NCBI GenBank assembly: GCA_964199315.1 | Contig: OZ116698.1 | Coordinates: 16,492,001-16,556,000, forward strand | Length of the DNA: 64,000 nucleotides | Reading direction: 5' to 3' | Source: Orbicella franksi | Lineage: Eukaryota | In this document: one piece after another, positions 21,961 through 34,040 of the stretch | Numbering within the stretch: position 1 is the stretch's first letter | Layout: every line of letters starts with the position of its first letter | The notes under the pieces: model-generated | What the model was told of the DNA's origin: nothing | Database searches by the model: none | What the model saw: only the letters and a program-made list of their open reading frames with translations | Position numbers and translations under genes: made by a program

Positions 21961-22981
21961 GCCAGGTATACCAATGCAAGCCTTATTAATTAAAATGAAG
22001 AAAATATACAAAGCTCCTTTGAGAAAATTGTATAAAACACATCACTGTCAGTAAAAGTTTTGTATCGCAATAACATGTATACACGGCTCTAAAAAAGTGC
22101 CATCCAGTTGTCTGGGACAAGATTGTAGATTCTCCTTCTGGGCAAGTAACCCTGCACTCTCACTTGCTCAATGCGCAAGGGATCAGGCAAGTCATCTGCC
22201 AACTAACCATATAATAAAGCCAGGTATACCAATGCAAGCCTTATTAATTAAAATGAAGAAAATATACAAAGCTCCTTTGAGAAAATTGTATAAAACACAT
22301 CACTGTCAGTAAAAGTTTTGTATCGCAATAACATGTATACACGGCTCTAAAAAAGTGCCATCCAGTTGTCTGGGACAAGATTGTAGATTCTCCTTCTGGG
22401 CAAGTAACCCTGCACTCTCACTTGCTCAATGCGCAAGGGATCAGGCAAGTCATCTGCCAACTAACCATATAATAAAGTCAGGTATACCAATGCAAGCCTT
22501 ATTAATTAAAATGAAGAAAATATACAAAGCTCCTTTGAGAAAATTGTATAAAACACATCATTGTCAGTAAAAGTTTTGTATCGCAATAACATGTATACAC
22601 GGCTCTAAAAAAGTGCCATCCAGTTGTCTGGGACAAGATTGTAGATTCTCCTTCTGGGCAAGTAACCCTGCACTCTCACTTGCTCAATGCGCAAGGGATC
22701 AGGCAAGTCATCTGCCAACTAACCATATAATAAAGCCAGGTATACCAATGCAAGCCTTATTAATTAAAATGAAGAAAATATACAAAGCTCCTTTGAGAAA
22801 ATTGTATAAAACACATCATTGTCAGTAAAAGTTTTGTATCGCAATAACATGTATACACGGCTCTAAAAAAGTGCCATCCAGTTGTCTGGGACAAGATTGT
22901 AGATTCTCCTTCTGGGCAAGTAACCCTGCACTCTCACTTGCTCAATGCGCAAGGGATCAGGCAAGTCATCTGCCAACTAAC
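21949..22981. repeat. Tandem array, 4.0 copies of a 258-bp unit, almost identical
   Basis: Units start 21949, 22207, 22465, 22723 (CCATATAATAAAG(C/T)CAGG). Only two variable sites seen: CACTGTC in copies 1-2 vs CATTGTC in 3-4, and AAGTCAGG in copy 3. Confidence 0.97.
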
Positions 22982-25240
22982 TCATCAAAACACCAAATAA
23001 GAGCAAAGTTTTAGAGCTACAATACTTGTTCCATTAGGGCAAGCTGGAATTTAATTTTTACTGCTGTCAGATAATGAGTTACCTGTGTCAGAAATGAAAA
23101 AAAAATTGGGTGTCACCAACTTCATTTCAGAGATAGAACGTGTAGAAAACTACCCTGATTTTGAAAAATTGGCGCACATAGTTCAGCATGGTCTACAGGA
23201 GTTTATAGTTTAAAAAAAGTGTTGCAGGTGAGTCAAGGGAGGCAAACGATCTTAGTCATATTTTGTAGATTGAATTCCAAATGTTGCCAAGGTTTTCACA
23301 AAACTTAACCCCTCAAGAGGCATTTGAAACCACCGCACAGATAAACGAAGAGCTAAAAAGAACAGAATTCCATGGTCCACTTTGCCAAAAATTCAAACTT
23401 ATAATCGATAGTTTTGCTTCATATTTTCGGTAAATGTAGAAAATTAGTAGAAAAAATTATCCATCAAAAAAAAAAATAGGGGTCACCGAACGTCCAAGAT
23501 CATTATTAAGTCCAGGCAAAGCTATAGCAATGGCCATCTGCCCTATCATTGTTCATTTTATTATGTGCACTCCATGCATGACGTGATGTGTGAATTTGCG
23601 TGTGCAGTAAGGACGCATAGAAACAATTAGCGCGAACATCCTTAAGAGAGTGGTCATTTAGAGATAGTTTCACTTTTTCACTCAAGTCCAAGTGCTTGAT
23701 TTCATGTCAGAGTTTGTAGAATACAAAAACAATTCATTTTTTAGCCCCTCCCTCAACAAGTATAGGCCCACTTTTGTAATGGTAGGCTCACCCACAGATT
23801 TTTGTCAGGCATAAATGTACTATCTTGTCAGATCAATTATTGTGGATGATGTGGATTTGACAAAATATGTGACATGCAAGAGAACTTAAGAGACGTTTAG
23901 GATCGAAAGTTTAAAAAAATTTACATTGGAAAGCATCGGAAAAGTTGATTGATGCATTATGGCCTACATGTATTCCTTATTTTAGCCAACAGGGTCAGGA
24001 AAATTTGAATGATGTGGTGCCAGAACATCAGACAAAGAACAAAGTCAACAAAGAGAGGGATAACCTAAACATCATGCTCAAGAGACAAAACACTCAATCA
24101 AACTGATGTATAGTCTTCTGAAGAAAAGTGACACCAGTCTCTGACGAAACCAGATCGACACAAGTGAATTTGAACTGAACTAGAAAAACACATTAGGCAA
24201 ATTACAGTGTCTCAACTTAACAGCAGGAACCATGCAGGCCTACATGTGACATTCTGACATGACATTTGCTATATACTACAATCAAACAGCTCTGCTCCAC
24301 TTTAAACATTTTCTTAGAACTCAGACAAATTTCGATGTTTTAATATACACAGATAAGAGTTTTAAATAGCTCTATTTCATTGTACAAATGCATACAAAAT
24401 TGCAACTCTTCCAGTGCAATATCCCAGTTCCCAAAGTTGGAAGTTTGTCTCGTAAAACTATTCAAAGTTTTTGTGAAGTATAATTTCATAAATTGCTTCC
24501 GTTGAATGACAGCAATCTGTCCTAAGCTACTTACAAAGGTTACAATTGATAGTCATTTCTTTCCTTTCCTGAACTGACAACAAATTCTAACAAGTTCTCT
24601 TCAAGAGTGATGAACATCTCATAAGTCAAGAGAAAATCAAAAAATACATCTAGTACTATAAGAAATGTAGAAGAGACTTGCACTACTTCTAAAAGTCTGA
24701 AAACAGAGTTTCGGCTTTTGAACTAAGTTTAACATGGGTTGTCGAAAATCGCATATTTTAGTCTCATTTGGTCTGTTTCAAGGGAAGCTCCACAATTTAA
24801 CACAACAGAAAATGTTTTCTATATAAAGGACAGTCGGAAAGTTTACAGCCCTTAAAACGATAAGTTTGCAATTCAATTAAGCTTAAGCTTAATATATGAA
24901 ATGAACTTCAAGAACTCCTAGTTGAAGTTCTGTTTACTTCCGGGACAATGGAGCTGAGGACTGAAGCGTATAATGGAACAGTATTTCGACCTTTTTGAGC
25001 ATGGACTTACCAGTAGAAATATGCTTGCTTTAACTTATATTTCAAACCACAAACATTCAGAGAACGGAATTCTTGATTGTATCGAATCATTAAGTCGACA
25101 CGGCCCTGATCAGCCCCTCTGGATTAAAAGTTAATCATTGTACAGTTTAATAATTGTAGAGCGATCCTTGTACCGAAGGGTCTCTTTAACCAACGAGTAA
25201 ACAAGATCCCAAAAGCAGGATTCTTACCATGTCTGGAGAC

Positions 25241-25351
25241 ACTTACCGCTGAATTATTGCTCAAAACTGCATCAAATACCATCATCGTACGGAGTACGAG
25301 GGCCACGGATTTTCAACTTGCAATTTTCATTTCCTTGTAGTGTCACGTGAC
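25241..25351 (-). promoter_or_regulatory. Candidate non-coding first exon/promoter of the NLR gene
   Basis: Minus-strand GTAAGT donor at 25241-25246 (alternative GTAAGA at 25222-25227) and a perfect GTCACGTGAC E-box palindrome at 25342-25351 in CpG-richer sequence. Link to the NLR is inferred. Confidence 0.35.
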
Positions 25352-25405
25352 CCATTTTCTTCCCCAGGGTCCGCAGGCTCAGCAGGCGAATAGCGTCGAT
25401 TAGTA

Positions 25406-26174
25406 CGTTATGTAAGATAACGTATAATGTCCCGAGAATATGGCTGTAGCACTAGTATACCCCTGTATACCTCTTTATACCCTTGTATACTTTTGTATAC
25501 CCTTGTATACCCCTGTATACCCCTGTATACCCTTGTATACCCTTGTATCACCTTGCTTACCCTCGTATACCTCTTTATACCCTTGTATACCCTTGCATAC
25601 CCCTGTATACCCTTGCATACCCTTGTATACCTCTGTATACCCTTGCATACCACTGTATACCCCTGTATACCCTTGCATACCCTAATTTACCCCTGTATAC
25701 CCCTGTATACCCTTGTATACCCTTGTATACCCCTGTGTACCCTTGTGTACCCCTGTATACCCTTGTATACCAGAGTACACAACGGTATACAGGGGTATAC
25801 AATGGTATACGGGGGTATACAAGGGTGCACAAGGGTATATGTGCAAGGGTATGCAAGGGTATACAAAGGTATACAAGGGTATACAGGGGTATAAAGGGGT
25901 ATACAAGGATATACAAGTGTATACAGGGGTATACAAGGGTTTACAGGGGTATGCAAGGGTATACATGGGTATACAAAGGTATACAAGGTTATACAGGGGT
26001 ATACAAGAGTATGCAGGGGTATACAGGGGTATGCAAGGGTATACAAGGGTATACAGAGGTATACAGGGGTATACAAGGGTATACAAGGTGACACAAGGGT
26101 TTACAGGGGTATACAAGGGTATTCAAGGGTATACAGCTATATTTTCAGGACACTATACATAGTCTTACATGAAG
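25406..26174. mobile_element. Foldback-type element: ~45-bp unique TIRs + inverted arms of a 10-bp minisatellite (ATACCC(C/T)TGT)n, TA flanks
   Basis: Left TA|CGTTATGTAAGATAACGTATAATGTCCCGAGAATATGGCTGTA. Reverse complement of the right end is TA|CTTCATGTAAGACTATGTATAGTGTCCTGAAAATATAGCTGTA. The minisatellite flips orientation at ~25770. Confidence 0.85.
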
Positions 26175-27317
26175 TACATACCATGGGTGGTTTCATGGGT
26201 GGTATTGTTTTTCTGGCTAACGACCCTGACATGCATGGTCATGGGTTCAAATCCATTGATATCGGGAACTCGGGTTTGTTTTTAATTTGCGAAAGGGTGC
26301 AACATGCTTGACATTTTATCCTTCACAAAACACTAAACTTTCAACAAAGTGGTCAAGTTTAATTTTTTGGCCAACAATTAGTAACATCCCATATGCAAGG
26401 ACCCCATATGATGAATGTCAAAGCATTGTTAGTCGTCAAACTTTGAAAATTAAACAGAGATAAAGTATGCCAGAAAGAACTCTGCATGGCAATCCGTTTG
26501 AGGAGAGACCAAATTAAATGGTTTTAATTATTGTCTCACATACAGGTATTATGATGGTAAAAATAAGTTTGTGTGATATATGTAATAAGTCTGTGCAGTA
26601 ATTAAAAGACAAAATTATGTGATTTGTGGATTGACAAACAAACCTGTTACATTTAAAAGTGTGTGAAGAGTGAATTTTGTCAAAATCTGTGCATGAAACA
26701 GGATCTTAATCCCCCTACCCCTAACCCTGGCAGCCCCCACCCTAACCTGATATTCCACTATATCACTTCTATTTCAACTCTCCCGATTTCATCTAAGTGA
26801 CACTGGCACTGATACAGTTATACAGTCTGCTGCTTTCACATGACACATCATATGTAAGTATTGTTTCCAGGACCAGCAACAAAATTCTCTATATAAATGG
26901 TTATACATTTTAACATTCTGTTTGGGAGAATTGTTTCTGAACACTACACATAATGTACTGGAAGAACATGCAGATATCAAAGATGCCAGACCAAAAAAAA
27001 ACAATAAATCTGGGAAATCATCAAATTTATGGAGTGCAAAGGTATATTTTCAAAGGCAAAAGGGGGCTTTGAATTCCATTGAAAAATATATAAATAAACA
27101 CCCATTGTTTTGTCATATCCAGGAGATTTGACCACCTGTCATTATCCACAAGCATTGCAGGTGTCAAACTGAATATATGGGCTGAAGACACCTTTTCCTT
27201 GCTTTGACTCCATTTTAAAATAGCTTATCATAATTTGTGGCAATGTACATGTACAATGTACAAATCAAGAAACTGAATGCTTGCAATCTTCTGTCAGTAA
27301 AGTGACATTAGTCTTCT

Positions 27318-30300
27318 CTATTCAGGCTCCCACTTTGAGTCACGCCAAACTTTGACTTTTCCATCTGAAGAAGCAGACAGAAGACAAATTTCTGTTGGGT
27401 GATAAGACAAAGAGTACACAACAGATTGATGAGCTTTCTCCAGGGTGTGGATTATCTTGGCTTCCACCAGATCCCAGAAACAGATTCTGCCATCCTCTGA
27501 GCCACTAACAACCTGAGCATCGCTGCTACTCAAACAGCTGTCTACTTTGTAGTCTTTGTTCACATGACCTGTAAATCTGAAATATAATTTGAAAAAGTTG
27601 TTAACATTCAATGATAACTACATGTATGTCAATTACTGCCAGAGGTTTCTGTATTAGCAAATTAAGCCAGAGGCAAAATTGTGTTGAGTTGGAATTTAAA
27701 AAGAAGAATTATACCATCCAGTTTAATTCAATAATTTATTTTCAAGAAGACCAAATAAATGTTTTGAATAGCCAGATCTGTAAGCCTTAATTTGATCTAG
27801 GGTTTAGGGTATGAGTGATGTAATTGAAATGCACTACACCACTTGGACTGGAGACACCACTGAAGGTACACGGTAACCTTAATCAATAGGTTTATGTTGG
27901 TTAGGCATGTGCTTACTAGAGTAATAAACATTTGTTATACCAAGAGGCACAGTTTATATAACTTACTCATTTAGTAATTCCCCAGTGTCTTTATCCAAAA
28001 GACGAATGGTATCATCTAATGTTGATGCCAGCACACACTGACCATCCCTGGTAAAGCTCACACTAGTCACTGGCTGGCCAATACAATCTGCTTGCAACTT
28101 ACCCATGCGGATATCATAGTTACGGACCTTGCCATCGACAGAACTTTCCAGAGAAGGGTGAAACGAAAAGAGGAAAAATAACACCATGAAAGTTAGAACT
28201 ATTGACAGAACTAAATCTTGTGATCTACTAAATCTTTTATTCTTCACTTCATTTTATCCACTAAAATCTGTGTTTCAGTCAGCATTATTCTCAAAACAAA
28301 CACCATACACTGTTACTAAAAAGCTCCTTAAGGAAAAACCTCCTAAAAAAAGACCTCCAAAAGGAGAGACCACAAATGTGATTTGAAATAACATTTAATG
28401 ATTGTTAAATTATAAATCCTGTAAATAGTGATCCCCTTAATATGTAATAACACCCAAACACCAAATTAACTGTGCATGGGTCTAAATAAAAACAATCTTG
28501 TTTTAGAGACCCCTAAATCTGGTAAAATAGAACCAGTAATCTCCTGAAAGTCATGACACTGTGGAGAACATCACAAAACTGGCCCACACTTTCATTGTTT
28601 CACAAAGATTTATATTGTCAACTGAAACAAACTTCCTTCTAGACAGATTCTAACCACCTTATTCTTTAATCTTACAAATATAAAATATACACAGTCATCT
28701 CTAACACTCAATACATCAGCAAACAAATATGTTATTTTCTGACTGGTCTTTAACTCATACTACATGTATACACCTCAATATATTCATACATAAACTCACA
28801 CTTGAATCTTCTTATCACACCTCGCAGTTATATTAGCAAAACAAAGAGACACTGCATCATTTCATGCTATTGGAGAATCCATGACAACCTGTAGGTGAAT
28901 GTAATAACCCTCAATATATCCAAAACATACCCAGAGAGAATTTCATGCTGAGAGACAGCCAGTGAAGACACACTGTCCTTAGCATCATCAAGGATCTGTA
29001 TGGGTTCAAGACTGCGAGATCTACAATCCCAGCAGCGCACTGTGGCGTCATATGAACCAGATATTGTAACGGTGCTGTCTGGCTGGTTGAACTTTACACA
29101 GTTTACTCTCTGAAAGTTGACAAATAATGATTTACAGTTATTTGGGAGAGTGGTTTCTCCAGAAGATGTCCATATACAGTTTCAGTTTCAGTTTTTTTAT
29201 TATTGCACACTATTTACAGAAAAACAAATTAACATAAGATGGTTTAAAATGATATAGGAAAAATAAATACAGATAGAAATTAACTAGAAGAAACAATATT
29301 TAATTGTGTACAGTGACCAAATCAGCCAAACTGTCTGATAATAAAAGGAGACTACTTTATGGTAAAAGGTTGGCACATAAAATATAAATTGGCTGCATTA
29401 ACAGCCTTATGCAACATCTTTTCAGCAGACAACTGAACTTTTGTCTTAACCTGTCTAGATAAAATAGTAATATTGGCACTGGACACTGTCACTAGACAAT
29501 GACTATCAGTCAGAATAACCATCACTCAAATTCTCCATTATGTGCACTTTGAACTGTGACAACAAAAAGTAGTCATATAAAAACTTGGCATTGTGAACTG
29601 AAGGCAATGGGCCAAACTACAGGCACAGATTTTGAGGACTTGAGGAGGTATAATTTTAGTGAAAAACACAGAAGAAATTCTCTAGTGGAGTCAAAAGACC
29701 ATTGGTGAGCAGATAGAATTCTTTGGTGAAGCAAACTGAGTGGAGGGGGACAGGGGAGTGGGAGACTGGGAGAATAGGGGGTGGGAGGCAGGAGAGGAAA
29801 GGGTGAGAGGAGTGACTTCTGAGAGGGTGGGAATAGGGAGAAAAAAGCAAATATAAATGCCAATTTTTGTCACTTGTTAAGCATTAAAATACTTTCAAAA
29901 ACAAGAACCCAAAATGTTTTAAGCTTGTATTCAGCATATTTTGAAACTTCTGGACCAATGAGCAAACAAAAATTCTCCCCTGAGCTAAAAAACTAAGGCC
30001 TACTTCTGGTAAAATTGGAAACCCTCTTATGGTAGTTATGTCATAGGTCATGAAATGTCGTCGCTTAAGCTTGCAAAAGATGCCAGTAAGATGAGCAAGG
30101 CTGAAAACAAAGGAACAAAATGAAAAAGAAACACATATGTGAGTCTCCTTTAATATTTACAGGGGATTGGAGCAGGATGGATAAGGGCAGGAGTAGGGAC
30201 ATGAAGGTGTGGAAAGTAGGAAAGCAGGGTACAGGAAGCAGACGGTTCTGACCCCCTTGTCCCTCCCCCAGTCCCTTCTTTCCCCTCCCCATTGAGTGCA

Positions 30301-31485
30301 GATGCCAAAGTTCTTTTAAGGTCATTCCTCACATTTGCATTGCGCATCCTTACTGCGCATAATTTATGGCATCATTAACGCACACTTGTGCACGCGCATA
30401 TTGAAAACATGACAGATTTGCCTTGATATTGAGCTCTGTCAGCTGAAAATTGGCTCTAGCTCACCAATGAGCACAGGCACCCCAATTTTTTTTCCAGTCA
30501 TTGTAATCAACTAATCATAAGCTTTGCGTGAGAAAAGACTGATCTAATTTCCATTGCTGAAAATTGAATAAAATTAATAAGAAAAATAGCAGATACACTG
30601 TGGTCTTTTCTATTTTGCAGTCAGTAACCACGTCAAGAAATTTGGTTCAAATTTTTAATCAAGGATATATATTTAGCTTTCTGCCTGAATCAAACTTAAA
30701 ATGTTTATTTGTGTCCGACACAACGTATTGACTGTAGTTTAATGCGTGTTCTTATGAGTCTGGGTTCACAAAGGTTTTACAATTACTGGGAATGCGTTCT
30801 CATAATAAACTTTAAATAATACCAAAATGGGGCATTTTCAATGCCTCACTGCTCCTTAATGAGCACAGGCACCCCCCTTTTTAATTTCAAAATTGAAGTT
30901 ATCATATGACAAATATTCAGTGGACAAACTTTGAACAAAAATCTATTGTCACTTTTATTTCAGAGGAATTACCTTAATTAGTCTTTGAGGGGTTTTCAAT
31001 AATGATGTTCCTCAACATAAAGGCGGGTAGGGACTGTGTCAATACAAATGTTCATGTACCAGTCATTAGGCGTGTCAGTGCTAAGGGCACATGTGGTCTG
31101 AGATCTACTCTGTTTGCTTTCCCTGAGACCCTTGAGATAGTCTACGTATGTTTCTGGTCGTAGCCACATGTACACTTACACTGGTGTGTCCTCTGAAGCG
31201 GCGTATAATCTGTCCAGTTGCTACGTCCCATTGCACTACAGTCTTATCACCTCCACAGCTAACCACCCTACTGTTATCACTGGATCCTACAGCATCCAGC
31301 ACCTCATACCCGTGTCCACTGTACGTCTTTAGCAATGTGCCTTTGTGAGGGTTCCAAAGCTTCAGCAGTTTATCGCTTCCACATGTAAGGCAGTAGTTGC
31401 CATCATAATTGAATCTGGCCGCCCGAACAGCTCCTTGATGACCTTCTAGATTTCTTGTTTCCTTGCATGGAAGGGGTAAGTCCAT
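27318..31485 (-). CDS. WDR83: WD repeat domain-containing protein 83 (MORG1), 4 exons, 306 aa
   Basis: Exons 31180-31485, 28931-29109, 27967-28143, 27318-27576; 921 nt in frame. GHQGAVRAARFNYDGNYCLTCGSDKLLKLWNP, SGSYDATVRCWDCRSRS.EPIQILDDAKDSVSSL, SVDGKVRNYDIRMG, FTGHVNKDYKVDSCL, SGSEDGRICFWDLVE. Confidence 0.95.
30316..30490. mobile_element. MITE remnant (TTAAGG-start family); related inverted copy at ~23515-23650
   Basis: TTAAGGTCATTC...GCGCATCCTTACTGCGCATAATTT matches the reverse complement of GAATTTGCGTGTGCAGTAAGGACGCATAG...CATCCTTAA at 23600-23645. Confidence 0.45.
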
Positions 31486-34040
31486 TTCTCTACTACTCAC
31501 TGGTCATTTTCACCCGTCGATTCGTACGTTCTTTCAACGAACTCATCCGCCATATTGTTTTGCTTGGTAACCTTTCCTTCCCATTTGTTCTTGTTCCCAG
31601 GACTCCATGTTGGTCAAGCGCAGCTAAGTTGTAATCAAAGGTGGTTTTGTGCTATCTTGGTGAACAAGTATTACCTGGCAGTTCATTTTTTCTGCAGTAT
31701 AACTTGGTTTTGACAATGTTATTGTTTGTCTGATTTTCTGACTTCCGCTCTGATCATAAATCAAAATTGCATTTGCCAATAATGATAGTTTTCAATCAGC
31801 CATAGGTGTAACCTGTGGTCTCCGAGGAAGAGAAAAGAAAAACAAGGCGGCGCGAGAGAGGGAAAGAAGGAGACTCTCACGTCCGCAGAGCTGCGAAAAC
31901 TCGACGGGAGCTTGGTGATGGAATACCGATCAATATGCATGGTGGCAAAGCGGATTACCTTCCCCACCTACCCCACAGTCCATTATGTTCAATCAGTAAG
32001 GCATTCCATTTGCAAGATACATGACCATGTTCTTTTCATTCACAAACAAACGTCTGATCTGATCTGAAGCCTATCTACTCCATTTCGTCTGTCCCTAGCA
32101 AGGTATCCCATCTCGGTCCAGGACCATTTCCTTTTCATAATGTGTTGTTGCACAGGTGCTTGTCGTGTGATCTCCCACAAGGTAGAATAACTGATGGTAG
32201 AGTGGATCTTAGAGTAACTTCAACTGTTTAACTATTCTGGGAACGACTCGCAACTATAAACTCATATATACTTCCACGATTCGAAAATCGACGAAGAGAA
32301 GATAACAGACGAACCTTAAGTAAGTATCGTTAATTTATTTTATTGAAATTATACTTGGCTCTAATACCTTGTTTGGGTAGCTTAATTCTTATTAGAAATC
32401 TTAATATCTTGATAACCTCTAACAATAGAAACAGAGAATGATAATCCTGTAGTAATAACGACCACATTATAATGAACAGTGGCCAAGTTATGTAACGGAG
32501 AAATCTACTGGAGATTTCATCGACGAAAAATGTCTGAACCCTTAATGGAAAGCATTATCAATTCGCACAGTGACATTTCCATGGCGTATAGAGAGGCTGG
32601 ATCAACAGGTGTTACTATGGAGGGCGAGGTCTTGTTCACGAACCTGAAAATATCGAATTCTTTGATTTCAGTCCTACGCAATGCAGCTAGACCAGGACAC
32701 GAGAGAAAAAAGTACTGACATTGAAAGAAGAACACGAGAACACGAAAAGCAGGTCCTTACGCTTAACTCATTTTTTGTCGATTAACGGTTGCAAAATCTT
32801 CGGGTCCAAAGGTAATTGACAGGTGTCAAAAGACCATCCATGAACTTGACAAATGTCATTTATTTTTCATATTCTAGTCAAAGAAGTAAGTTTGCAGACC
32901 GTTCAAAATTCAGCGGGAATTAAAACAAAATGCGCTATAACTTTATTTGATTAAACACCAGCCTAGATACTGTGTTTGTTCTTATTCAAGTGTACAAAGT
33001 ATACCATTATCCAACTAAAACCGTGTAATTTCATTTTTTATTTTCAGGAAATCCAAACTCTGTGATGCAATCGATGGGTTGATCAAATTAGTCATTCAAT
33101 CGTGAGTCAAAATGACCTCAAGTTTTGGCGATTTTCGTAATAAACCTGAGTGAAATCTAATAGGAGCAGATATCACTACCATCAAAGAAAGCTATCTTGA
33201 CCGCATCACACGACAATTCAGGTACCGTTTATTGCTTATTGTTTTATACTTTCAAGCTTGCCTACAGCTACTTCCTTAAATGCGATGTTTTCTTTGAGAC
33301 AAAGCGTACGATCCCTCAGACAAAGCAAACAGTAATATCATTGTGTTGTCTAAAACAAACAACAATGCATAAAGATATTTCATCTTACCTAACTAAGAAG
33401 CTTAACGTAAATTCAGTTCCGTGACAGCCATATGAGAACCCATTTCCTTATGTTTTATCATTCTGTGGATTCTTATTTAAGCTTAAACTGAATAAGATAT
33501 CTTACTAAACTCAGTGGCACCTGCTCTGAGATAAAACTAGCTTCAATTTCATTAAGTGAAGTGGAGAAATTAAGGTTTCATTTATCTCGTTTCAATTCAA
33601 TGAGATTTTCAACGTATTACGTAAGTCCATAGAAAGCATAGAAAATCGCAGATTTTGGCCTGAACCATTAAGTCACCACGGTTTCTCCAGTGCAAAATAT
33701 GACCAAACCTTAAAGAAGAATAGAATGAACTTTATTCATGTTTATTTAAGTGTCGGAGTATTTAACTTAACAAATTGTGAGCACTCCCTGCTGCTACACT
33801 CGCAGGCCGGCCTCTGGAGCAGCAAGAACCAGTCACGGTCTCTTAGTGTCAGCTCCTTCAGCTATATACGTATTGTAATCATTTCAGAAATATTTTCTTC
33901 AATCTAAAACGTTACTATTCACCAGAAGAACGATAATTTTGTCTTCGATATATTGTCTTGAGCTATACGTTTCTGCTCAAATGCGTAACTAACAATGCCT
34001 ACAATTTTTCTTTAGAGGTGATACTCGGTGAGATAGTAAC

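Noticed and set aside
21949-22981. Regular repeat array as a CRISPR, and the three 71-aa ORFs in it as genes
   Set aside because: Units are contiguous 258-bp copies with no unique spacers and no cas genes, in a eukaryotic context. The ORFs merely recur with the repeat period.
25408-26162. Ten overlapping GYTRV/YPCIP ORFs
   Set aside because: Translation artefacts of a stop-poor 10-bp minisatellite, open in many frames on both strands.
29730-29850. G-rich purine tract in WDR83 intron 1 as a functional G-quadruplex
   Set aside because: Low-complexity tract within probable repeat remnants, with nothing in the sequence to indicate function.
31500-33900. WDR83OS/Asterix, the head-to-head partner of WDR83 in vertebrates
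   Set aside because: No DPRR, DYMNLLGM or KWCAW-like coding sequence found by eye in the divergent region.
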